The notes: generated by a model from the letters alone, not told the origin. Positions 48,028 through 59,126 are shown, counted from the stretch's first letter. The stretch: DNA of 64,000 bases from Candidatus Cloacimonadales bacterium (GCA_963662275.1 OY759316.1:1152001-1216000), one strand, 5' to 3'. Made by a program: numbers and translations.

Positions 48028-49332
48028 TTATAAATGGGCTAATAATTTGTGTTTATGCTGCTGGCAGGATTCGCAATCATGAATCATACAGAATTCACGA
48101 TAGAGTTGCTGCAAACCCAGTTGACGGAGGGCAGAACCCCTAAGCTGAGATGACTGGCTGATCGTCATAAAACGCTTCATATCCCTGATATGGGCATTTT
48201 CAGGTAACCCGGGATAAATGATATAGAGATGTTCCAATTGTTTGCTTAAGTCTGCATTTTTGAGTTTTTTAGCGTAGATCATCTCGATGGGTAGCAAGGC
48301 ATTGATAATGAATAAACGCAGCATGTTCCTGCCCCAGGTTTGATGAACGGAATGGAGAGGAGACCCTGCATTTAAGAGATCATTTAATGCCATCTCAAGC
48401 GATTTTGCTGATTTATTGCTATAATTTTGGAATATCTGATGAATTTGCTCTTGCAATTGATGATCTAGAGAGCGATATAGAAAATTCCTGGTAACCTGTA
48501 TTCTTTTTAGTGGATGATGGGCTGGTCTGATACGGAAATGATTCCATTCACAGGGAATTTGCTGTTGAAAGTACTTTTGTTTCTTATACGTTGTCAGCCA
48601 ATATTGGGCTTCTTCCGTGTTTTTAATGGAAGTAATCAATCCGGAACTGCACAGAAAGATCGCAGTCATCTCATCCATAGTCATACCGGCTTTTTTCCAA
48701 ACCTGTAATTGATGATAGGGGAGCTGTTCTGCCAGGATGAGGAAGGGAAACTGGTTCTGCCGATATCCCATAGCTTCCATCAAGGATTGAAAGATGATTT
48801 GATTCATATCATTGAAATGTAATTCAGCCTGGAACCTGGCTATTCGCCTGTGTAAGCGTTCCATTCCATATTGATTTAAAAGTATTTTGACTTGTTCCGG
48901 CTGCAGACCTGCGAAGAAATGACACAATGGTTCCCGGTTCGGAATAGGTATGGCAGGTGGTGTTAGTTGAGATATCTCATTATCCAGGAAATTCTTCAAT
49001 TCCAGGATATCGATGATACTGCCATTTTCCGCAATCGTGAATTGCTGTTTTAAATTATGTTCAAAAACCACATGCATGATAACATGATTATAAACCGGGT
49101 CTTCATGATGCCGATGTGCAATCCAATCTGATGTTTTAAGGTGAATTTCAATATCTCCACGTTTGATTACACCATTTATTTCCAAAACAGCGTGATGATA
49201 ATCAGGTCCAACGTTGGTGTTGAAATGTCCGGGGAAGAGTATTTTTATGTGTTTGTGAGTGACCGTTGCCATTTCTGGAATGAAATGCCGTGCATCCCAA
49301 ATGTGATAGAGATATCTCTCTGGCAAATTCAT
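48028..49332 (-). CDS. DUF2851 family protein
   Basis: ERYLYHIW, GPDY, GDIEIH..SDWIAHRHHEDPVY, RIRPAHHP. Confidence 0.85.
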   Translation of the reverse strand: MNLPERYLYHIWDARHFIPEMATVTHKHIKILFPGHFNTNVGPDYHHAVLEINGVIKRGDIEIHLKTSDWIAHRHHEDPVYNHVIMHVVFEHNLKQQFTIAENGSIIDILELKNFLDNEISQLTPPAIPIPNREPLCHFFAGLQPEQVKILLNQYGMERLHRRIARFQAELHFNDMNQIIFQSLMEAMGYRQNQFPFLILAEQLPYHQLQVWKKAGMTMDEMTAIFLCSSGLITSIKNTEEAQYWLTTYKKQKYFQQQIPCEWNHFRIRPAHHPLKRIQVTRNFLYRSLDHQLQEQIHQIFQNYSNKSAKSLEMALNDLLNAGSPLHSVHQTWGRNMLRLFIINALLPIEMIYAKKLKNADLSKQLEHLYIIYPGLPENAHIRDMKRFMTISQSSQLRGSALRQLGLQQLYREFCMIHDCESCQQHKHKLLAHL

Positions 49333-49333
49333 C

Positions 49334-50002
49334 TTAATAATAGGTCTTCAGCACTGAATAACGGTGACGCAGGATGCGATTGCGATTGAAGTTATTGACG
49401 TTATACCGAATCGGATTAGGGACTATCGTCACAAGCCGAATTGATTGTTCCCGATTCAGCTTTGAAACACTTTTCCCATAATACTGAAGAGAAGCTTGTT
49501 CAATGCCGAAGGTACCCTTACCCCATTCGATGTAATTCAGGTACAATTCAAGTATTCTTCGTTTCGGCATGAGAAGTTCGAGTTCACCGGATATCCAGAA
49601 CTCCATGTATTTCCGCAGGTAGTTACGATCAGTTGTCAGGAATAAGGTTCGAGCCAATTGATTTGTGATCGTACTACCTCCCAGCTTTATCTTGTGTCGG
49701 CGTTTGTTGACTTTATAGGCATGTTTGATCTGGTCGATATTAAATCCCCAGTGTTCAGCAAAATTACTGTCTTCCAGGTTCACCAGCATGGAATATGTTT
49801 TCTTGGGTATACTTCCGAGGGGGATGAATTTGACCCATTTCACAGGATAACCGCGTATGATCTTACGTTGAATCATCAAAGTTGTGATGGGTGGGTTGAT
49901 AAAATTATACAGCATGATCAGGATGAAGATAATTCCCAAGAACCAAAGATGCAGTTTTAGAATGAAAATTCCAATACGCTTCAATAGACTATTTTTTTTC
50001 AT
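49334..50002 (-). CDS. mtgA: Monofunctional peptidoglycan transglycosylase
   Basis: EDSNFAEHWGF, GGSTITNQLAR, RKYME, YLNYIEWG. Confidence 0.85.
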   Translation of the reverse strand: MKKNSLLKRIGIFILKLHLWFLGIIFILIMLYNFINPPITTLMIQRKIIRGYPVKWVKFIPLGSIPKKTYSMLVNLEDSNFAEHWGFNIDQIKHAYKVNKRRHKIKLGGSTITNQLARTLFLTTDRNYLRKYMEFWISGELELLMPKRRILELYLNYIEWGKGTFGIEQASLQYYGKSVSKLNREQSIRLVTIVPNPIRYNVNNFNRNRILRHRYSVLKTYY

Positions 50003-50003
50003 T

Positions 50004-50810
50004 TTATGCTCTTTCTTCATGATCAGTAATTGCATCCATATCTTTTTCAATATGTTTCTTGTGGGTTGAATACTGATAACCAGTCGCGATATTTCGTATA
50101 ATATAGGAGGCTGCCCACATTCCCATGATGGCAGGCATGTAACCGACAGAACCAATGGTTACGCGTGATCTGCCCCGAGCAGAAATGGTTTCATCCAAGG
50201 GGATTGAATCTTCGGCAAATTCCCTAATAGGAAATTCAGATGAATAAATGACAGGTATTCCTGATGCAATTCCTCTTCGCTTCAGGAATTTCCTTACCCT
50301 TCTTGCTAATGGGCAACGGCTGGTTTCAGAGATATCAGCTAAATGTATCTGGGAAGGATCCATTCGATTACCTGCACCCAGGATGGAGATGATGGGAATC
50401 TTCCTGTGATAGGCATCTTCCATTAAACCTACTTTAGGTCCAAGACCATCAATGGCGTCTACAATGAAGTCCACATTCTGGAGAAGCTGGTCTCGGCTTT
50501 CTATCGCACAGAAATCTGCAAAGATATCTACTTCTGCCTCAGGATTGATATCCAGGATTCGGTCTCGCATAACTTCAGCTTTCATTTTCCCAACTGTACT
50601 ATGCAATGCGATAATCTGCCTGTTAAGGTTTGTTGCCCCGATCGTATCAAAATCAACTAGCAGAAAGCGTCCGATACCACTTCGTGCTAATCCTTCACAG
50701 GTATAACCACCGACTCCACCAAGACCGATAACTGCAACACGGCATTCGTGAAGACGCTGTACAGCTTCGTTGCCTAATAATAATTCAGTGCGATTAAATT
50801 GATCTTTCAT
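50004..50810 (-). CDS. tcdA: tRNA threonylcarbamoyladenosine dehydratase (ThiF family)
   Basis: GLGGVG, TNLNRQ, GAGNRMDP, CPLARRVR. Confidence 0.88.
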   Translation of the reverse strand: MKDQFNRTELLLGNEAVQRLHECRVAVIGLGGVGGYTCEGLARSGIGRFLLVDFDTIGATNLNRQIIALHSTVGKMKAEVMRDRILDINPEAEVDIFADFCAIESRDQLLQNVDFIVDAIDGLGPKVGLMEDAYHRKIPIISILGAGNRMDPSQIHLADISETSRCPLARRVRKFLKRRGIASGIPVIYSSEFPIREFAEDSIPLDETISARGRSRVTIGSVGYMPAIMGMWAASYIIRNIATGYQYSTHKKHIEKDMDAITDHEERA

Positions 50811-50817
50811 GTGTTTC

Positions 50818-51690
50818 CTAAACCGTTTTCATGGTTCCGGTAAATCCTAATTCATCCAAACTTTTCCAAGTCAATGCTCGTAAAGATAAAGTATCGACTG
50901 CTCCTGCTTCTGCAAGTTTTTCTGCAATTTGAGGTAAGTATCTGAGTTTGTTGCATTCTGTTTCAGCAAAATATGGCTTTTGTGCAGGAGCATCGGTTTC
51001 TATCACAATTAAGCCCCAATCGAGTATGTTTTTGAGTACTTTCTCATGATTTTTGGATAACAGTATGGAAGCTCCTAAAGAGAAGCCAAAACGCAAGGAT
51101 TTAAAGATTTGAACTACTTCCTCTGAACTGGCAAAACTATGTAAAATTCCCCTGGTCTTTGGGAAGTTGTTCTTAATCAATTTATATAGGTCGTAATACC
51201 TACCGACAGAATGAAATACGACTGGCAGGTCATATGTTTTAGCCATTTCCAATTGAGTAAGAAGCAGCTTTTCTTGTAATTTCTGGTTATCATAGCGGGA
51301 ATCAAATCCTATCTCACCAATGGCTATGATCTTTCCCTGCTGTGCAAGTCCCGCTACCAAATCAATATCACCTTTTGTCTCTTCCACAAACATGGGGTGG
51401 ATGCCTGCATACCATTCCATATTTGTAGAGTAGGACGCCGTTCCTGCTGTCTTCGTAATTTGCTGCATTGTAGAGCAAGACGCCGATCCTGCTGTATTCA
51501 CATTCTTCTGCTGGTAGTTCAAATGCCATTCGAATTGCTCTTTATTATAGGCACTGGAGAAGAATTTAACAACTCCCACTTTCTCTGCTTCGAGGACTTC
51601 TTCAGCAATATCAGCTTGATCGAATTCAATAATATCACAGAAATGGCAATGGAAATCAAACCAACCGGTTGGGTAATGTCCAATATCCAT
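50818..51690 (-). CDS. tatD: TatD family hydrolase carrying an in-frame REP-derived insertion
   Basis: DFHCH, GIHP, IGEIGFD, ILHSF, ETDAP. Confidence 0.85.
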   Translation of the reverse strand: MDIGHYPTGWFDFHCHFCDIIEFDQADIAEEVLEAEKVGVVKFFSSAYNKEQFEWHLNYQQKNVNTAGSASCSTMQQITKTAGTASYSTNMEWYAGIHPMFVEETKGDIDLVAGLAQQGKIIAIGEIGFDSRYDNQKLQEKLLLTQLEMAKTYDLPVVFHSVGRYYDLYKLIKNNFPKTRGILHSFASSEEVVQIFKSLRFGFSLGASILLSKNHEKVLKNILDWGLIVIETDAPAQKPYFAETECNKLRYLPQIAEKLAEAGAVDTLSLRALTWKSLDELGFTGTMKTV

Positions 51691-51698
51691 ATTTAGCC

Positions 51699-52721
51699 CT
51701 ATATCCTTTCTATCGGATAGTGTTTTCTGATCTCATTCACAACAGCTTCGGGATTGATTAATTTCATGCAATTATGATGACCTTCAGGACATACTCTTGC
51801 TCCATGGCTACCGCACGGGCGGCAGGGAAGATCAACTTCGAAGATCTTATCATTCTTACGATATGGATAATACCCGATACGCCTTACGGTAGGTCCAAAG
51901 AAGGCATATACGTCAGTTTTCATTGCATTTGCCAAGTGGAGAGCACCACTGTCATTGCAGATCAATAAACGACAGCGGTGAATGATTTCAGCGGATTCCA
52001 GGATACTGGTCTTTCCGGCTAGATTAATAGCAGAAATTCCCGCAGAAGTAATGATTCTATCGCATAATGCCCTTTCATCGGGGCTTCCTGTAAAAATGAG
52101 TGTATAACCTGAATCCGCTAGATCTTTGGTTAATTGAACATAAGAAGATTCTTCCCAGCATTTGGTCTTCCAGACTGAACCTGGTGCAATGGCAAGCATT
52201 GTTGTATGCTTCTTGATTCCTTCAAGCAGATGATTCACGTGCATTTTGTCTTTCTCGGAAGGGAATAATTCAGTCTGCATATCCCATTTCCGTTCAGATA
52301 AGATGGAAAGAAGATTCAGGTTGTTCAGGATACGATGTTGTCCAGATATCCAGGGGACTCTTTTTGATAGATTATACCTGGCAATATACCGGTCAAAACC
52401 AATCCTTTCCGGTATTCCTGCAAGTTTGAGTAATACAGAAGTAGTGAAGGAGCTATGGGGTGTAAGTACCATATCATACTGATTTTTACGCAGTTTAAAA
52501 ACCAGGTTGATGAGTGAGAATAGTTTGTTCTTCCTTTTATCGAATACAAGAATCGCATTCAAATACGGATTATTTGAAAGAATTGACTTGGTTTCCTTGA
52601 TAACCATCGCATCGATTTTAGCATTTGGGAATAACTGGTTTATAGCTCGTATCAATGGTGTGATAAGGATGACATCTCCCACAAATGCAGTCTGTACGAC
52701 GAGAATTCTTTTATCATTCAT
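51699..52721 (-). CDS. GT9 LPS heptosyltransferase (WaaF-like)
   Basis: VGDVIL, APGSVWKTKCW, NDSGALHLA, FGPT. Confidence 0.88.
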   Translation of the reverse strand: MNDKRILVVQTAFVGDVILITPLIRAINQLFPNAKIDAMVIKETKSILSNNPYLNAILVFDKRKNKLFSLINLVFKLRKNQYDMVLTPHSSFTTSVLLKLAGIPERIGFDRYIARYNLSKRVPWISGQHRILNNLNLLSILSERKWDMQTELFPSEKDKMHVNHLLEGIKKHTTMLAIAPGSVWKTKCWEESSYVQLTKDLADSGYTLIFTGSPDERALCDRIITSAGISAINLAGKTSILESAEIIHRCRLLICNDSGALHLANAMKTDVYAFFGPTVRRIGYYPYRKNDKIFEVDLPCRPCGSHGARVCPEGHHNCMKLINPEAVVNEIRKHYPIERI

Positions 52722-52728
52722 AATGCTA

Positions 52729-53772
52729 TTACTCTTGATCCAGAAGCTTCAGACATTGAGTTGCCATTTTAGGTAAATCGATTGTAGTAAAGCAATCATA
52801 TACGGGACAATGTTTTCGACATCCGTATTTAAAGGAACAGTTCACATCAGGTTGGACATATTGAACCTGGGAATTATTAATGATACCCCATCGTATCGGC
52901 GATTGAATGAGTATCTTGGGATACACAGCAACGATCTTTTTTTGCATACATCCGGCAACATGTGTTGGTCCTGTTGAAGCTCCGATGTATAAATTAATAT
53001 ACTGTAACAAAGCAGCAAAATCAAGTATAGAACCGTCATTAATGAAAGTATGAAGTCTTTCAGCTTTCATATCGAAGTACTTATGTAATAAAGGTTCATC
53101 ATTGCGAACAGAGGATATGATGATGTGAACATCCTGGTCTTGCTCCAGGATTATTTTTACTAAAGATACGTATTGTTCCAAGCTGAGATTCTTAGTGGAA
53201 CCCCCGGTAAAAGGATGAACCAGGATTACTTTAGCAACTGGAGGGATGCCCATTTTTGAGAAATTAGCAGCAGCATGATCTTGATATTCAGGAGGGAAAA
53301 ACAGTTCTGAATCGCAATCCTTGAATTTATCAAATAGGGAAGGATTTAGATGTCGTACTAAATCAAGATTGTACATAGCTTCATTCTTTTTTGCCTGGGA
53401 GCGATGTTGAATTACACCTTGGGGATACGAAAAGAATGAGCTCAGTTTTGATAAGGGTCCAATCTTTATTTTTGCTCTACTCTTTTTTGCTAAACGGCTG
53501 ATGAAAGAGTCCGTAAATAAGGCAATAAAGACATCCGGATGCTCTTGAAGTAATAGTTTCAGTAATGCATCATAACTCAATGTGTCTATTGTAATTATCA
53601 AATCAATATATGGATTAAAACGAACCAGGTCAAACGTATATTGCTTGACTAGTAATATGAGTTTACAGTGAGGATACATCAGGCGTAATCTCTTAATTGA
53701 TGGAAAGCTAAGAACTAAATCACCCATTCGATCCGTGCGTGAGAGTATGATTGTGGGATTATCCTTGAGCAT
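52729..53772 (-). CDS. GT9 family glycosyltransferase
   Basis: RTDRMGDLV, STGPTHVA. Confidence 0.85.
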   Translation of the reverse strand: MLKDNPTIILSRTDRMGDLVLSFPSIKRLRLMYPHCKLILLVKQYTFDLVRFNPYIDLIITIDTLSYDALLKLLLQEHPDVFIALFTDSFISRLAKKSRAKIKIGPLSKLSSFFSYPQGVIQHRSQAKKNEAMYNLDLVRHLNPSLFDKFKDCDSELFFPPEYQDHAAANFSKMGIPPVAKVILVHPFTGGSTKNLSLEQYVSLVKIILEQDQDVHIIISSVRNDEPLLHKYFDMKAERLHTFINDGSILDFAALLQYINLYIGASTGPTHVAGCMQKKIVAVYPKILIQSPIRWGIINNSQVQYVQPDVNCSFKYGCRKHCPVYDCFTTIDLPKMATQCLKLLDQE

Positions 53773-54520
53773 GCTTTTCCCAGAGCTTTAAATATTTCAA
53801 ATATACCGAGAAAGAGGAATTGATTGAAAGAACCAGCCCCACTTTGCCATCCAGGAAGCCTTTTTTTATAAAATACATCTGCAAAAACTTGGAAATGGAA
53901 TGAAATACAGCATCATGAATTTGGGCTCTCTTGCCGTTTCTGAACTGATCTTCTGCCCAATAATCCGCATAGGAATTCATCTTATGTATGTATGAAGTTA
54001 AATCAGGATACGTATAATGCTTGAGCAGTTCATTAATATGACCGGTTCTACCTGTGACGAGAATGGATTCATGAACCAGCTTATCGTTGAAATGACCTTT
54101 TCCTTTTCGGAATAAACGTAGAGGTGAGTCTTTATCCCATCCTGAATGACGTATCCATTTTGTTAAATAAAAGGAAATACGATTGATATGATATCCGTCT
54201 AGAGCATTCGGATCTACAATTACCGATTCAATTCTTTTCGCAAGTTCTGGAGTGACTTCCTCATCTGCATCAATGGATAATATCCAGTCAGAAGTAGCTT
54301 TGTCAATAGCCATCTGTTTTGATTTGCTAAAACCATACCAGTCAATAGTAGTAACATTGCATGTGTATTCCTTACAGATATCAACCGTATGATCTTCTGA
54401 GCCTGTGTCTAAAACGATGATTTCATCAGCCCATTTTACCGATTCCAGGCAACGCCTGATATTATGTTCCTCATTTTTGGTAATGATGGTGACGCTTAAC
54501 TTAGGACTTCTGCTGGTCAT
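53759..54520 (-). CDS. GT2 glycosyltransferase (LPS core beta-glucosyltransferase-like)
   Basis: IITKNEE, DTGSED, SIDADE, VHE, GFLDG. Confidence 0.88.
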   Translation of the reverse strand: MTSRSPKLSVTIITKNEEHNIRRCLESVKWADEIIVLDTGSEDHTVDICKEYTCNVTTIDWYGFSKSKQMAIDKATSDWILSIDADEEVTPELAKRIESVIVDPNALDGYHINRISFYLTKWIRHSGWDKDSPLRLFRKGKGHFNDKLVHESILVTGRTGHINELLKHYTYPDLTSYIHKMNSYADYWAEDQFRNGKRAQIHDAVFHSISKFLQMYFIKKGFLDGKVGLVLSINSSFSVYLKYLKLWEKHAQG

Positions 54521-55565
54521 GTTGATCTGATTCCAAGTAGATAGCTGATTGTTCTTGTGACAAATCAATATTTAAGATAGACATAACTTTAGCATAAGCT
54601 TCTTCCTCGGGGATTCCAAAGGAAAAGTCAGTTTTATTGTATTTCTCTCGATTTGACAGGCAATAATGTTCCGGGAAAACAGAATGCGGACACCAATTCA
54701 AAGGATTCGTGGGTCCAAAGAAAGCCAGTGAGGGTGTTTTTGTGACAATGGAAATGTGATTTAATCCTCCATCATTGCAGACCAGGAGTGAACAATGAGT
54801 CAGGAGAGCAGCCCCTTGGTTCAAAGTCGTCTGGGGAGCTAAGATAGGCTTATTTTCCATTAACGAAATAAGTTTCTTCACGTCCGCTTCTTCTGACTTA
54901 GCCCACAGGATAATGACTTGATAAGATGTTGAAGACAGGATTCTATCTGCAAGTTGCGCATAGTATTGGATACCCCATTTCTTTTTCAGCGAAGGACTGC
55001 CAGGTGAAAAACAAATCAGCTTTTCATTTAAGAGATCCTCTTTTTCTAACCATTCTCTGATGTAAGAGTAAGATTCCTTTTTGATATGATAATATAATTC
55101 GAATGGTTCTTCTTTGATTCCCAGCGGTTGGAGAAGATCAAAACGCATTGATGCACTGTAACGCTCAATAGCTCGGTTAGCTTTAAGATTATAAATCCAG
55201 CTCCATTTCAGATGCCCGAAGCCTAAACGATATTTAGCACCACTAAAGAAGACGATTTGTGCAGTTCCAACTCCAGATTGCTGGTCAATTACCAATGAAT
55301 ATCTGCGACTCCAGATAAGGGAGAATATGCGACAGCGTTCAACAGAATATCGAATGTTCTTATATCGCTTGAAAGTGATCACTTTTGAAATGATGGGATT
55401 ATCTTCAAGAATTGAATCAAAAGGCTTGGATACCAGGAAGTCTATCCGAGCCTTGGGAAACTTTTTTTGAAGAGCAGCCAGGTAGGATGTATTCAGCAAT
55501 ACATCACCAAAAGGTTCTAACTGGATAATTAAGATAGTTTTGATTTTCTGATCATCAATTTTCAT
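54501..55565 (-). CDS. GT9 family glycosyltransferase
   Basis: FGDVLL, KKW, NDGGLNH, FGPT. Confidence 0.85.
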   Translation of the reverse strand: MKIDDQKIKTILIIQLEPFGDVLLNTSYLAALQKKFPKARIDFLVSKPFDSILEDNPIISKVITFKRYKNIRYSVERCRIFSLIWSRRYSLVIDQQSGVGTAQIVFFSGAKYRLGFGHLKWSWIYNLKANRAIERYSASMRFDLLQPLGIKEEPFELYYHIKKESYSYIREWLEKEDLLNEKLICFSPGSPSLKKKWGIQYYAQLADRILSSTSYQVIILWAKSEEADVKKLISLMENKPILAPQTTLNQGAALLTHCSLLVCNDGGLNHISIVTKTPSLAFFGPTNPLNWCPHSVFPEHYCLSNREKYNKTDFSFGIPEEEAYAKVMSILNIDLSQEQSAIYLESDQHDQQKS

Positions 55566-55573
55566 AATTATTA

Positions 55574-55951
55574 CTACCTATATTTTACATATTCCTTTTC
55601 TTCAATCACAGTGGAACCGGTCTCAACATTAATAAGCTTTTTGATTTCAGATCGTATATCATTTTCAAAATAGACGCAACGAGCCAATTGAATGAACTCA
55701 TCATCAAATTCCTGTTTTGATTCCTTGATTCTTAACTTGTCTTCAATATCCCATAAGCGCATATTTACTGCTAATAAATCCTGATAATGCTTGGAATTAT
55801 CATCAATACCGATGTCCTGCATGGATTGGTTTAAAAAGTCGTATTCAAGTTTAATATTTGCAAGCTTTTCCGTTGATTTGATCCTGTTCAGCTTAATATA
55901 CAGGATCGTCACTTTATCGACAATTTCGCCATTTGCTACTTCAATTTTCAT
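55574..55951 (-). CDS. DUF6165-like protein
   Basis: GEIVDKVTIL, LWDIED, FIQLAR.VY..ND.R, EEKEY. Confidence 0.75.
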   Translation of the reverse strand: MKIEVANGEIVDKVTILYIKLNRIKSTEKLANIKLEYDFLNQSMQDIGIDDNSKHYQDLLAVNMRLWDIEDKLRIKESKQEFDDEFIQLARCVYFENDIRSEIKKLINVETGSTVIEEKEYVKYR

Positions 55952-56295
55952 TACGATTACACCTCATAGTTAATATCGAAAAATGTAGTTGATAACCTGG
56001 CAAATATTACTCTCTGTGATATTCAGTCAAGAGTTAAATCAGACCGGAATTATCATATGCTTTCGGTAGTTCACCCTTTAGGCTTGGTGGAAACTCCTTC
56101 AGGTGTTTTCTTCTCTTCTCTTCTCTTCCACTTTTAGTTTTTAGTTATTAGCTTTTAGTCTTTTATGACAGACAGATCTAATTGTTCTGTCTTTTTGTAA
56201 TTTGGAATTCGTATTGATTATTCTCATCTTGCCTTCTTGCCTTCCCCCCTTCTTCAAATGACCCTTAAATGACCAATACATGTGAGATTAAAAAC

Positions 56296-56395
56296 CAGGT
56301 AATCTGGAGCTAATCAGAAACTAAAATACTTTAGGAGCTGGTTAGTATCTGACTAGTACCTGATTAGTAGCTGGTTATTATCTCATTTTGGTGCC
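56296..56395. repeat. 11-bp periodic element, copy 2
   Basis: Matches 23560-23662. Confidence 0.7.
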
Positions 56396-56667
56396 AATAG
56401 AGTATCATAAGGTCATAATCATGTTATCCTAGACTTATCGTAGATCACATAATCTACTCTGTTGCTACAAGCGACAAGCTACAATCTACAAGCGTATGTC
56501 ATTCTCGAGGAATCGGGAATCCAGGACTACTTTACACATGGAACCTTATGCCAATTCATAATTCTTAATTTTTAATTCTTAATTGGCGTAGCCTGTCACC
56601 TTCTGTCTTTTCTGTTGACAGGAAAAAGAATGATTGCAATGAATAAATTCATAAGAGGGATAAATGA

Positions 56668-57138
56668 ATGGATAATACAAGTTTAGATTTTAACTCCCGG
56701 AAGCATGACGTTTTGAGTAAAGCAGTAATAAATCAATTCGTTCCAAAGTTTATGCCGGATGCGGTTTTAGTTTATTCCACTCTAGCAATTGATTCTCCTG
56801 AGCTCGATAAAAATCTTCAAGTTAAGTTATGTATTCCAACTGACAATTCTCAGACATTACCTGATATTATTTTATATAAATCTGATTCCAACTGGCTAGT
56901 ATTAATCGATTTGATTACCAAGCATGGAACAATGGATAGTAATCGATGCAATGAACTGATTGAAGTGTTTAAAGATACTCCTGCAGAATTGGTTTTGGTA
57001 AATGCATATCGTAATAAAAAGGAAATGAATGAGTCTCAAACTGATTTAGCCTGGGGAACAAATGCCTGGTTTGCCGAAGAACCGGAACATATGATACATT
57101 TTGATGGAAATCACGTTGTAGAACCGTACAAGAAGTGA
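56668..57138 (+). CDS. Stand-alone BsuBI/PstI restriction-endonuclease C-terminal domain
   Basis: H..L.KAVI..FVPKF, LPDIILY, WLVLIDLITKHG, AWGTNAWFAEEPEHMIHFDG. Confidence 0.75.
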   Translation: MDNTSLDFNSRKHDVLSKAVINQFVPKFMPDAVLVYSTLAIDSPELDKNLQVKLCIPTDNSQTLPDIILYKSDSNWLVLIDLITKHGTMDSNRCNELIEVFKDTPAELVLVNAYRNKKEMNESQTDLAWGTNAWFAEEPEHMIHFDGNHVVEPYKK

Positions 57139-57294
57139 CTATTCAGTAATTTCTTCTTTTTTACTTCTTGACGTTTTTTTCCTATAGTTCGATTTGTTTA
57201 AAAATTCTTTTGATAGATTTACAGGCAATGAATATGATATAAAATCGGTGGGAGGATAAAATGCAGTTCATTACAATCAATAATCTTAATCACA

Positions 57295-58242
57295 ATGAGT
57301 ATAAAAATGAAGAAAACTAAAGATCAGGTCAGCGAACAGGAGCCAAGCTTAAAGTCGTATTATGTCGCTCCCAATATATCCAAGAAATTGGCTATAGGAA
57401 GCAAAAGAATCTGTGATTGCGGTCCGACAAATATCAATTGCATGACTCCTAAGGAATGGATGAAATCCCAAATCGGTGTTTGGCAATTTACCTATGATAA
57501 ACGTGATGTTAGAGATAAAACAGTTCATCCTGCTACGTTTCCTATTAATTTATCGAACAAGATTGTTAGTTTATTTACCCATAGAGGTCAGCTTGTCATT
57601 GATCCTTTTGTTGGAAGTGGAACTACCATGCTTTCATGTTTAGAATTACATCGTAATTGTGTCGGTTTTGATTTAAATGAAGCCTATATCGAAGTCTGTC
57701 GAACAAGAGTAGCCCAAGAGCTTTCTTTTTCAGATACAAAACAGATTGGAATATGCAATGATGCTCGTAATATCAATCAATATATTGAAGATAATACCGT
57801 GAGTTTAGTCTGGACATCTCCTCCATACGCTAATCTTCTCAATCGTAAAAGACAAAACAAATCACGCAGAGACAGGCTGAATGATCAATTTGATAAGGTG
57901 GAGCAATACTCACAGGATGAAAGAGATTTAGGAACCTATGATATTGAGAAATGGACAAAGGAAATGGGAGATATCTTTGAAGCTCTATTGCCTCTAATGA
58001 AAACAAAAGCTCATTGTGTCATTAATGTACCTGATTTTTGGTGGGAGAATAAGAGGATAGTTCTGCATGTTTTCCTGATTGAAGAATTGCATAGAAGAGG
58101 TTTTGAACTTCGTAACACGATTATCTGGGATAGAACCAATATCGTCAATAATATTGGCATCTTCGGTTGGCCTAGTAATTACATCACCATGGGAACTACT
58201 TTTGAATATCTTTTAGATTTTTGGAAACCACCCAAATCCTGA
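57295..58242 (+). CDS. Amino-type DNA methyltransferase (likely m4C)
   Basis: HPATFP, DPFVGSGTT, TSPPY. Confidence 0.88.
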   Translation: MSIKMKKTKDQVSEQEPSLKSYYVAPNISKKLAIGSKRICDCGPTNINCMTPKEWMKSQIGVWQFTYDKRDVRDKTVHPATFPINLSNKIVSLFTHRGQLVIDPFVGSGTTMLSCLELHRNCVGFDLNEAYIEVCRTRVAQELSFSDTKQIGICNDARNINQYIEDNTVSLVWTSPPYANLLNRKRQNKSRRDRLNDQFDKVEQYSQDERDLGTYDIEKWTKEMGDIFEALLPLMKTKAHCVINVPDFWWENKRIVLHVFLIEELHRRGFELRNTIIWDRTNIVNNIGIFGWPSNYITMGTTFEYLLDFWKPPKS

Positions 58243-58255
58243 TAAAGGAGCTTGC

Positions 58256-59041
58256 ATGTTAGAAGTCTATTCTAAAGAAGAGATTATTGCAAAGCTGAAA
58301 GAGATTAAAAACCTGGGCTGGGTTAAGAATACCAGGCAAGGGAATGACGGCTCAGTTGGTAATATGCTAGAAGATTTACTCGGTATTCCTGAGAATAACT
58401 TTGCCGTTGCTAATTCAGGTGAATGGGAAATCAAAGCCAAAAGAAAGAATTCTTCATCGTTAATGACACTCCTACATAATGAACCATCTCCCAGGAATGC
58501 AGACCTCGTTTCTAAATTACTTTTACCATGTTATGGCTGGAAACACCAACAAGCTGGAATTAAATATCCAGAACATGAAATGAGTTTTCGGCAGACGATA
58601 TATTGTAAAAGATACAGCGACAGAGGTTTTACGGTTTTATTAGATAGGAAAGAAGAAAAGATAACTATCAAATTCGATTACACAAAGGTTGATGAACGTC
58701 ATTCGGTATGGTTAAATGAAGTTAAAAATAGAATTGGTTTAGCAGATATTAATCCTGTTCCGTATTGGGGCTTTCGTGATGTCGGGGCACATATCGGAGC
58801 AAAGCTAATCAATTGCTTTTATGTAGCTGCTGAAGTGAAGAAAGAAGATGGGCAAGAGTATTTCCAATATTCTGATATAAAGATGCTCAGTACTTTCTCA
58901 TTAGAAAAATTCATTGATGCCCTTGAACATGATCTGATCTATGTGGATTTCGATGCCAGAACCGGTCATAATCATGGTACTAAATTTAGAATCAAAGAGA
59001 ATTATATCCATTTGCTGTATGCGAATGTGAGGGAGATATAG
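58256..59041 (+). CDS. MvaI/BcnI family restriction endonuclease
   Basis: [37 protein letters not shown]. Confidence 0.85.
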   Translation: MLEVYSKEEIIAKLKEIKNLGWVKNTRQGNDGSVGNMLEDLLGIPENNFAVANSGEWEIKAKRKNSSSLMTLLHNEPSPRNADLVSKLLLPCYGWKHQQAGIKYPEHEMSFRQTIYCKRYSDRGFTVLLDRKEEKITIKFDYTKVDERHSVWLNEVKNRIGLADINPVPYWGFRDVGAHIGAKLINCFYVAAEVKKEDGQEYFQYSDIKMLSTFSLEKFIDALEHDLIYVDFDARTGHNHGTKFRIKENYIHLLYANVREI

Positions 59042-59045
59042 ATTA

Positions 59046-59126
59046 TGGGAAACAGAAGTCAGGATTGCTGATAATCCTGATCATATGATACACTTTAATG
59101 GAAGTAAGTTTATGGGACCGTATTAG
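59046..59126 (+). pseudogene. 3' scar of a BsuBI/PstI-type endonuclease gene
   Basis: Translates to [26 protein letters not shown]. Confidence 0.7.
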
